Below, in pieces: positions 11,627-21,692 of a DNA stretch of 33,086 nucleotides. Below the pieces are notes generated by a model. That model did not search any database and was not told where the DNA came from. It saw only the letters and a list, made by a program, of their open reading frames with translations. A program made the position numbers and the translations under genes. How positions within the stretch are numbered: position 1 is the stretch's first letter; every line of letters begins with the position of its first letter. Origin of the DNA: Catajapyx aquilonaris (taxonomy: Eukaryota); NCBI GenBank assembly GCA_000934665.2, contig KZ539115.1, positions 1 to 33,086 on the forward strand, in the 5' to 3' direction.

Positions 11627-13499
11627 AGTGTCTTTCCTGTCAGCAAATTCATATGTGGAATTGGAATATTTTCCCTCTTAATATCAGGCTTGTAGCAGGG
11701 AGCATATACTGTACAGTAATTGTGGTTTACTACTTTCAACAGGGCAGTGTTGCTTTAAATACCTGACAAGGTATGAAAAATATTGTTAATATCCGGGGTG
11801 TCCAGAATTGACCAATACATACTCACACGTCATAGTCAGTCCGATATTGTAAGGCCAGCCGCACTTGGAATAAGTATGTGCAGTGCAACTAATGTCATCC
11901 TCACAGTTCAGACTCAACAAAATATATCTTCCCGGTTCCCCAAAACCTGGATTGGTATGCTTGGCTAGTTGCCCTTGAAGCACCAAGGTCCTGAAGGAAA
12001 TATTATTCCCCACAGACCGCCCAAGACCTATGGACTCAAAAAACAGACTCAAAAGTAAAACAAGAAAAAAAAAAGACAGGTTGATTATAATTAAACTACT
12101 TAGTATTTTCTGTAAATAGGTCGAGTTAAATGAAATAAATTGACTACATATAAATGGAAAAGGTTAAAAGAAATTGAACTGAATAATTTTTCAAAAATGA
12201 ATCAGGATTTATTTAGAAAAATCATGTAATGAAATGGGATTGAACATATATTACTGTAAATATCCAAATGATTGGAAACTGATAATGAGAGTGCATGATT
12301 GTAAATTTCATAATGGAAGTTGATAGAAAGGATTTAAATCATTAGCTTCAGAGTGAACGGTGACCATCACGGCACTGCTAGCCTGTAAACAACTGGCAAA
12401 AAATTAATGCAATTTTTCTTTAAAATAATTTGGGGAAGATAAATACACACCTGTGTAAGAAAAATACCCTTGTGTACGAAAAATATAATGAAGATAAATA
12501 CACTTGGGGAATATAAATACACTTGAAAAATTTATGCAAAATTATCACTAGGCTCATGAGCAAAAATTAACCAGAGTTTAAGCCATAATAAAATTAAGGC
12601 AAGTTTAAAGGCACCATATATATTCATTTCTGAGCCTGTTCAAAATTTAAATGCATTGCTAAATATATTCAAAAACTTTTTAAATGCATTGTTCAATTCA
12701 AAACTGAAAAGCCAGATTTCATCATAGTGCCGGATTCAAAAGGTTTAAAGCAGGGCTTCATGCAGCAAAAATTAATTTCTGGCAATAATTACATTTAAAA
12801 AGTGAGAGTGTGTCATCTGAAGAATGTTATACGTTAATTCAAAAAAATCAGTTTTCTTTTCACTCTCTCAAGAAGATGAAAAAAAATTTCAGAACACTCG
12901 CCAATCCTCTTGCGCACTGGAAGAGACAAAAACAAACACAAAAACATCGCATCCCGAGATTTGATGGTGACCATAAACACCCGAATTTAATGAATGCTTA
13001 ACTTTAATCGACATTACATAAATAGGAAATTATTCAGAGCACTTGAACTGATTAATTATTCGAATAATTAAGAATCAGCAGTTTCAAGAATTTAAATTAA
13101 AATCAGTATAATTGGTGATTGCTGTAAATATGCAAATTGTGGATTTAATTGACTGGAAATTGATAGTATAATTACAGCCTGATTGCAAATTGAATTTGAC
13201 GTAATGCGTAATTTCGTTTCAGAGTGAACGGTCACCATCACAGACCTGCTACCTAGAGAAAAATCAATGCAATTTTCTTTCAAATCATTTCAAATTTTAA
13301 AATTATTTCAGCGCAAAAAAAAAATTAATCCAAAAATTTACTATTTTTTTCTGCCAAAATTACTGCTTTAAAATTCCTGACATCTGTCAGTATAAATTAA
13401 TATGTGGAATTGCAATTTTTTTTACCACTCTTAATATCGGCATTGTTGGAAATTTCTTTTGAAATGCAAATTTTACGATGATAAAAATATATTGTTTGA

Positions 13500-13852
13500 A
13501 AATATCTACGATAGCGTTAATAACGTTCGTACGAGTAGCAGCGACTTTTCAGGAGTGATTAATCGCGCTTTATTTTGGGATTGGTTCACGTTCCCTCAGT
13601 CAATAATGTTCATTCAGCCATCGGAATCGTCTTAATCATAATTATTTCCATCCGATTTTTTGAAGCAAAATTATCATCCCGTCGTTTAAGTATGTGATCA
13701 GATAAATAGTTATTACATACTCTTTGGTAAATATAACGTTCCATCCTTGGCTGTTCCTTGGGCGGCCGTCGGAATGCACCCGGAATTGATGATCTGCTTC
13801 ATCTGCTTCAAGTTTGTCCAACTTTGAGCGATAATTATCATTAAAATTCCAG
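13500..13852. promoter_or_regulatory. Probable promoter and non-coding first exon of the repeat/zinc-finger gene, possibly bidirectional
   Basis: CpG content rises locally against the AT-rich, CpG-poor flank. A perfect donor CAG|GTAAGT at 13852/13853 and an acceptor TCTTTCCCCAG ending at 13911 define a 59-nt intron just before ATG 13917. Confidence 0.5.
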
Positions 13853-13916
13853 GTAAGTCTCTCAATTAATTACGTGCCACATATTTTTAACGTTGCATTG
13901 TCTTTCCCCAGACGAG

Positions 13917-16477
13917 ATGGCGCCGCCTAAGAAATCAGTTGCCGCACTGCAGAGGTCTGCTGAACGACGCAGGACGTACCAGAGGGTTTACATGCAAGGT
14001 GTTCGTAACAGTAACTCTGATTACCGGACTTTGGAGAGGCAGCGAAACGCCGAGGTTCGTCGTCTGCTGCGTCAGGACCCGGCGTACAGAGAGGACGAGA
14101 GGCAGCGCAACACAGAGGCACGTCGCCTGTTGCGTCAAGACCCGGCGTACAGGGAGAGAGAAAAGCAGCGCAACGCTGAGGCTCGTCGTCTGTTGCGACA
14201 AGACCCGACGTACAGAGAGAGGGAAAAGGAACGCAACGCTGAGGCACGTCGCCGGTTGCGTCAAGACCCGGCCTACAGAGAGAGAGAAAAGCAGCGCAAC
14301 GCTGAGGCACGTCGCCGGTTGCGTCAAGACCCGACATACAGAGAGAGGGAAAGGCAACGCAAAGCTGAGGCTCGTCAATTGTTGCTCGAAGACCCGACGT
14401 ACAGGGAGAGGGAAAACCAATGCAACACTGAGGCTCGTCGTCTGTTGTGTCAAGACCCAGCATACAGAGAGAGGGAAAAGCAACGCAAAGCTGAGGCTCG
14501 TCGATTGTTGCGTCAAGACCCGGCGTACAGGGAGAGGGAAAAGCAGCGCAACGCTGAGGCACGTCGCCGGTTGCGTCAGGACCCAGCATACAGAGAACTA
14601 GAGAAGCAGCGCGACGCAGAGGCTCGTCGGATCAAACGCAAAGCAGCGAAACAGCAGGAGCATGACGCTGTGGCTCATCGCAAGGCACTAGAAGCTGCAC
14701 TTCCATGGGAACATGTAACTCATCATTTTCAACAACATAATACTCATAGGTCCAGATCAGCCGTACACATGCTGCTCATTAAAGGTCCTTTCGAGGGAAA
14801 CGTTCATCAGATCCCAACCAGCAAGGGGTTAGTCACTTGATAAAATAGCGCACAACGGACTTTACAAACTACGACTGGACTTCAAGAACTTATTGTCCAC
14901 TTCAGTCATACTTCACAAACGTGTCCGGACTTCAGCCGGATTTCAGTCTAGGTGTACAATATAGATTCATAAGTGACTAACCCCTTGGCAACTGGTCTGA
15001 AGATAATCAAGGGATTTTTTTTTCAATGTGTCATGATGTCAGAATGGATCTCACAAGTTTTGCTTCAGATGCTAACAATGCAGGCTTAAATGGTTGGACA
15101 CCATGATTTTGCATTGCTAATGGTTTTTAAATCCATCATTGTTCCAAAAACAAGTATGTGACCTCATGCCTGGTGTCAGGACATCACCTTTTTCCATCTA
15201 TTTGGTGTGTTAATGTACCGGACAATTGCGCACCACAGGACGGATGTAATGTCCCATAAGGATAGGCATGTGTCTATGTGTTTTGATGGGTTTGATGTGT
15301 TAGGATCCGCAAAGAGGACAAGAAGCCTGTCATGGAGTAACCAATTACAGGTTGAGAATCATTTATCTGAAATACTTGGGACCAGCAGATTTTTGGAATT
15401 CTGATTTTTTTCGGATTTCGGACTACTGTATGTGTATTTGCATCTATGAAATGGGACAGATTTGGGATGGGATAAATGGCGTAACACGATATCCATAAGC
15501 ATTTCTTATCCCCTTCACTACCAGAACCACGTAGATTTCGGCTTACGCCTACTCCAAAGATACGAACAAGATATTTGACTTGTAATAACAGCTACCGGTT
15601 CAGGGAAAACGCTATGAATGTGTCTGGAACAATTCCACTCGTCTGGAAGTCCCTCAATTAACTTCCAAAAAAAGGCTATAAAGACTGGAAATTAGAGTAC
15701 TGCTGACCAACTGTTAGGCTGATTTAATTGTTAATTGTGTGAAAATATGCGGAATAACAACCTTGAAAACCATGGCAGACGAATTTGCTGAAATCGTCGT
15801 ACTTCATGAGAAGCAAATAAATTTGAGAGTTTGTGATGTTTCACGTCAGCAGGTATGTTGTTATTAATACATGTTGTTTTTTACAGCGTGAAGATGCCAT
15901 TGGTTGCTTAAACCATTGCATGCCTACCATATCTACAGATGCGGAGATTAAAACAGAGAATGCCAGTGATGAGTGCATTGGTTGTGTTCCAACTGCAAAG
16001 ATTAAAACAGAGGACATAAGTGATGAGAGCATCAGTATTACCGAGACGTGGCAAGAGCAATTGCAGGAAAATCCAGTGCCCCTAGGGTCACTGGTGGATG
16101 AGGAAATTACAGTGGAGGAAGGTGCTTGTGAAGTGAAGCTGGAGGTCACTGATGAAGAAATGCTGGTGGAAGTACCACAAGTGACCGATGAAGAGCAAGA
16201 CCCACTTGAAGTCAATTCCGCTGACGTGAACTGCAATGAAACATCAGCGACTGGTTCTGATCCTAATTGTGATAGAAGCTGCAATGTGCCAGGCTCAAGA
16301 TATGTGGATAAGTGGTTTACATGTGGTGTATGTCAGACTTCATTTTTGACGGAAGGCCTTTTGACTCTGCACATGGGTATCCATGCGAACGAGAAGCCTT
16401 TCACTTGTACCTTCTGCGGGAAAGTGTTTGCCTTTCATGAAACTTGGGCGATTCATGTGAAAAGTCACATAAATTGA
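13917..16477 (+). CDS. Putative two-coding-exon protein (about 462 aa): 21-aa charged tandem repeats, an acidic region with IKTE/VKLE motifs and two C2H2 zinc fingers
   Basis: Exon 13917-14714 ends at a phase-0 donor CAT|GTAACT. Exon 15887-16477 starts at a phase-0 acceptor TGTTTTTTTACAG|CGT. Fingers FTCGVCQTSF..LHMGIH and FTCTFCGKVF..IHVKSH are joined by an ANEKP linker. Each exon is well supported; their joining is inferred. Unspliced, the first ORF stops at 14840. Confidence 0.65.
14034..14630 (+). repeat. Coding tandem repeat, 63-bp/21-aa unit (EKQRNAEARRLLRQDPAYRER), about 9.5 copies
   Basis: Nine full units plus a partial unit, read directly in the ORF, with no indels between units. 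Confidence 0.97.
14822..14987. mobile_element. MITE-like element with 17-bp inverted repeats
   Basis: CAAGGGGTTAGTCACTT (14822-14838) and AAGTGACTAACCCCTTG (14971-14987). No clear TSD. Confidence 0.65.
15348..15510 (+). mobile_element. Left end of a pogo/Tigger-type element resembling Tigger4/MER46
   Basis: TA|CAGGTTGAGAATCATTTATCTGAAATACTTGGGACCAG...GATTTTTTTCGGATTT...TATTTGCAT...TTGGGATGGGA. This matches my recollection of the Tigger4/MER46 terminus and has the TA target at 15346-15347. No right end seen. Confidence 0.65.
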
Positions 16478-17629
16478 TGTGTGAGAGTGGTTGTAGTTAT
16501 GTCACAGCCACATTTTATAACAACTATGTAATATAAATATGTAACAAATATCTAATATATATGACGTTAAGAATGTAGCAAATCCTATGGCAAAATGTCA
16601 CTCATCTTTCTTTCATTCATGACATTTTATTGGAAATAGTGTAAGCGTGTTACAGGGCAATATGTTGTATACAATCGCAATGAATTTTGCACTGGAATGT
16701 CTCACTCCGTAACTTAGCTTGGCTCTGCATCTAATTATGCGTACAGGTTATTTTTATATGTGCAAACAGGATGTGACACTGCATACCAGAAATTGCTTGT
16801 GCCCTATGCATCGCCTAAATGCCAGGCCTGTAACTGCAAGTGTAATAAGTACGTACCACTTCTTATAGGAGTACTGTACTGTACAGTACAGTTAGTAGTT
16901 TGTTGTAGAAATCATGAGTCCTCTTGTCAGCTGCCAATATTAGCCCCTTCCAGTTATGTGTCTTGGCAAGTCGAGGGAGGAACTTGGGTTGCGGATGTGC
17001 CAGGATGAATATCCAATCACTGTACATCTGAACGTGCACATGAAGCATGATCACGTCTGCTGGACTTTGTCATGCAATCAAAATCATTCAAAATTGCAAC
17101 GAGGTTAATAATTTCACACACTGCAAAGGTTTCTTCACTCAAATATCACTTGAATATGAGCTGCGATGGGACTCAAACAACAGTAATTAAGCAAATGCAT
17201 ACTTAATTATTTTTTATTATTAATTTTAGTGAATTTCTTGTCACATTCTGGTTACATATCATCATTTCATGTTCACATTGGACGTTACCGTCCTGTCGGT
17301 CAAGTCTGTAGGAACCGTGTACGACGCATGTTGCACTGTGTGTTATTGTAGCATATGTTAATAATAAGTGTGTCTTATAACAACTAATATGCCATTCAAT
17401 AATTTTATGAGCAGATCTATAAGAGCGGATCACCCAAAAAAAAAAAAAAGAAGCACAACTCGGCCACAACTTTCACAACAAAAAAATTGGATTTCTAAAA
17501 ATTTAAGTGCAAAAAACAGAATAAATGCAATGAAAGTCACTATCCAAAAAATTAATGCGGCTTATTTCTATCCCTCACAAAAATAGCAGTTACATATGTA
17601 CGATGGCCTATTTATTGTTTGCTGCTTAT

Positions 17630-20600
17630 TTATGTGTTGTTGTTTATCTGTGTTTCCTGAAGCTGCGCCTGGGTCTCATCGTACTGCTCTTCTGTCGGGG
17701 CTGACCCTGTCACGCGAAGGGTCAGTCGCTTCGGAAGGGTGGTCAGAGCCTTGCGGGTACCTGGGGTCAAAGGGTTGTCCCTGAGGTCAAGCTCTTGCAG
17801 GGACGTGCGTGTCCGTACTGCCTCCACATCAATTTCTGTTGGCATAAAACAGTGTGTCATGTTCATTGCTAAATTGAGCAGATCTGCTACCTTACTCATT
17901 TACCCAACTATGTGCGTCCTCGGTTGACAATGAGTAACTTAGCAGACCTGAGTCTCTCATTTGAGCTATAAGTAAAAGTGTGTTCGGACTCACCAGCGAT
18001 GTGGTTCTTGAAGGCTATGATGTTAGCGATGCAATTCAATTTCGTCAAAGCCTTGGGCAGAGTCTCGAAGGAATTTCGAGCTATGTTGACAATACGAAGC
18101 CTGTTCAATAGACCCAACTCATCCGGTAGTTTGGTCAACCTGTTCTTATACAGGTTCAGTTCTAAAGATAAAATTAAAACCAACACATTAATTAACCCTC
18201 TAATTAGTTGATGCCTTTGATGTGTCTACATGTGGCTTACATTAAAGGTGTCAGACCCATGCAAATTGTGATGATACGCTGTCAAAAATGTCACGGTGTG
18301 CTGTCAAAAAATGTCATGGTGTGTAGTTGTTGCAAACAAACTATTTTGTATGTAGGAAATATGCCAAATTTTTTTTGCGAATGAAATAATTGTTATATTG
18401 GCCACTTTTTTTCCTGAAACAACAGGTTCCAGACGGCCAACGTCATTCTAATGTGTATTTATAGAAGCACTTTTAAGACACTTTGCCAAGGGCTTGTGAT
18501 GAAGAACCTGCGAAGGGGCCTCTGGAATTGCTTCTTTTTTTGTGGTGGTGGTGGTGGTACCCCCATACCCATGAAGATACTTGTTACCGACTCACATAAT
18601 TTGGCTAGCATCGCAGGACAGGAGGAGGTGAAAATAAGTTGGATGGTGTTATGCTAATCGCTTCTTCCGTTCGTTTGTTGTTACCAACTGTTTGGCCACG
18701 GTACAAAAGGCACGACGTGTGAGAATAAAGTAGAAGAAGAAGTGTGACGCCAAATGTGAGTCAACCTCTGTGTGCAAGGTCGCAGAAAAGGATTCGTCAA
18801 CGACTGTGAATCTGATTAATTATTATTGGTCCAAGATAAAGATCTGATCTGTTAATTGCCCATATTTATTTCATATTCACAGTTTTGATCGACATCTACA
18901 CTCGATTTGTTTGTTTTCTTATTTATTTGTTACTAAGCTTAGTTTCTCCTCCTCACCCACCAGAGGCGCTGTTTCCTCCCATTGCGCAGGCGCAGAACGG
19001 GGCCAATCAGACGCCTTGGTCATACAACAAAATATTTAAATGCTATTCATTCAATTGTCTGTTTGCTTTCTTATTTATTGTATTTTATTTTATTTATTTT
19101 AGTTCCTCCTCACATCCACCCGAGGCGCTGCTTCCTCTCATTGCGCAGGCGCAGAACGTTTCTCAAACAATACTGTATACGGCGGGCTGATCAGAATAAG
19201 CCTCGATCATACAAATGAGGATATTTATTTACTATCAGGATACCCAGCGTTGCTCGGGTAATGAAATACTTTGAATGAATCGATGTATCGATGCTACATC
19301 CGGGGTTCCTGATTTTCCTCCCTTTCGCCTCATGTGGCCAAGGATGACCCCGGAGGTCACGTCCAATGTGCTAAAAACCTTCCCCGTTAAAAACTACCCC
19401 TAATGATCACCCTGGGGCATACTTCAAGGCCTCCATATTGATTTGCATCGGAAACAAGGGGACATACTTTGTGAAATATGTATAAGATTTATTTATTTAT
19501 TTACTTACTAATGGAGTTAGTTTGTTAGTAGGGCTGTGCGATATTTCGATACATCGACTGTCGATACGATATTTTCCTGATATCGAAGCTGCGATATCCG
19601 ACGCTTGGCACGTTCGATGTATCGAATATCGCGATTTTTCGATGTCGGTTCGATGTCGGTTTTCGATATCGGTTTCCGATATATTTCGATGTCGGTTTTT
19701 CGATTTTCGATTCGATATTTTTTAAGTATCGAAAGTCGATATGTAATTTCGGATATCGCACAGCCCTATTTGTTAGTTTGTCTGCGTGCTTGCTTATAAA
19801 TGCCTCCTCCCACCCACCAGAGGCACTGTTTCCTCCCATTGCGCAGGCGCAGAACGGGACCAATCGGAAGCCTCGGCCGTACAACGAAGGATTTTTTTAT
19901 TCATTTGCTTGCTTATTTATTATTTATATTATTATTAGTTTCTCCTCCCGCCCACCAGAGGCGCTGCCGCGCGTTGCTTACTCCCATTGCGCAGGCGCAG
20001 AACGGGACCAAACGGAATCGTCGCTCAAACAATATACGGCGGGCCTATTAGAAGTCATATACTGATATCCAAGGATTTCAATGCTATTAATTAATTAATT
20101 AAGACGAACGCCTTATTTGCCGAATGGCACATGCTATTTGACTGCAATTCTCTGAATACTTTGTGCGCGCCTAATTAATCGGCTGATGCTTCAACAGCTT
20201 AATTAGTCTGGTCACATGGCCAACTATGCGTAGTTCCTGACTTTGCTATGTGTGATAGTAAAAAATAGGAATGTCATTTCATGGCTGGAAGCCTCGACCT
20301 TTTCTATTTCTTTTTTTTTTTTTAACACTCGAATGAAGTGGAATGCAGACGGGTCGACCTCGGGTAGGCCTATTTTAATTGCGCATAAGTTAGGTACAGA
20401 AGTCTCGATTAAATTAAATTTGTCAAATAGTGTCATTCGAAATAGTTATAACATCGCATTTGTGATAGGCTAATCATAGCTATTTCGAATGGACGTCTAC
20501 AATTTTTTTTCAAGAAAAGATTGGGAAATCGAGCGTGATTCTAGTATACTTTTCTCATAGAGCCTCATAAGCCTTTTTTTCGACGATAAAAACGGTCAGC

Positions 20601-21634
20601 TTTCTTTTGAAGCTGATTACAGAGGACTTTGAGCGATTCTGACATTTACAAACCTATTCGCGTCACAGTTTCGCAATAAAAGTCATTTTGAATGTCCCGT
20701 ACGATAAGCGTCTTAAAGTTATCCCCATGGTGACACCACCTTTCGGCCAGTGATTTTTTTGCCCAATTCTCCGCCGAATAGCACCCGGTACTCCTCAGTC
20801 ATTCGGACGTTTTCATCTACGCGTGCACCTCGAGGTGACATAAATTCTGTCAAGGAGAATGTGCCAACAGTGCACAGGAGTATGTACTTAAGGGTTTGGA
20901 AACACTCGAAAGGACCACCCTCTCACATCATCAGCTCGAAAGATATATAGGATTACTACACTTGCATGCCGACCGATCTAAGAATACCTTCTGGATCAGA
21001 CAACTACATGTGTGTTATATTTAAAAAAGAGGCGACCAGGGGGGGGGGGGTGTTGGGGGGTGGAGTTGTGTATTTTTATCGCCAATTTGTCTGGGAATGC
21101 GACATTAACTCAAATTAATTGCTGATGCGCATAATAGTTGAGTTTTCCTCATATTTGAGGCATATTAATCATTTTGGGTCATTTTTATTTACAAATTTGA
21201 TAATTTTTGCTCAATTATTTTTAAGTTTTCAAACCTATTGGTAGTATACCCACTTTTTGAATAGTTGTTTTGTTAAATGCTATTTCAAATATTTATTTTT
21301 ATAAATTTCAGCATTTATTAAATGACCGAAGCAGTGGTAGCGGAGGGGATATGGTATCCGACTGCTAATCGGGAGGTCCTGGGTTCGAATCCCGGTGGCC
21401 GCCGACCCTGACTGTGGACTATTCTGTGGTTTCCCATGGTCTCACCAGGAAAATTCCGGGGTCGTGTCCGTAATTATAGGCCACAGCCGCTTCCTTCCGT
21501 CCCTATCCCATCCCCATATACGAGAAGTAAAAACGAAAGCAAGAGTTCCAGATTTAAAAAATTGGTGGTATCCCACCCCCCTAAGAGGGCCCATGGCTCT
21601 AGCACGGGGTACAAATTATTATTATTATTATTAA

Positions 21635-21692
<58 letters not shown>

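Larger units (their letters stand above)
18940..20050. repeat. Four-copy degenerate tandem array (about 150-160-bp unit) interrupted by two insertions, in an LRRC20 intron
   Basis: The core CCACCAGAGGCGCTGTTTCCTCCCATTGCGCAGGCGCAGAACGGG occurs near 18957, 19116, 19814 and 19952. Confidence 0.9.

Noticed and set aside
14034..14630. CRISPR-like array, or overlapping genes from the alternative-frame ORFs (13927-14589, 13935-14516, 13939-14601)
   Set aside because: The 63-bp repeats are contiguous with no unique spacers in a eukaryotic context. The other open frames are by-products of the repeat.
18940..20050. CRISPR array or CTCF site cluster
   Set aside because: The inter-core sequences are related to each other and there are no cas genes. 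CCACCAGAGGCGC is one base short of the CTCF core spacing.
21324..21400. Functional tRNA-Ser(GCT) gene
   Set aside because: The acceptor stem does not pair cleanly, there is no long variable arm, and the sequence continues into a SINE body and (TTA)n tail.
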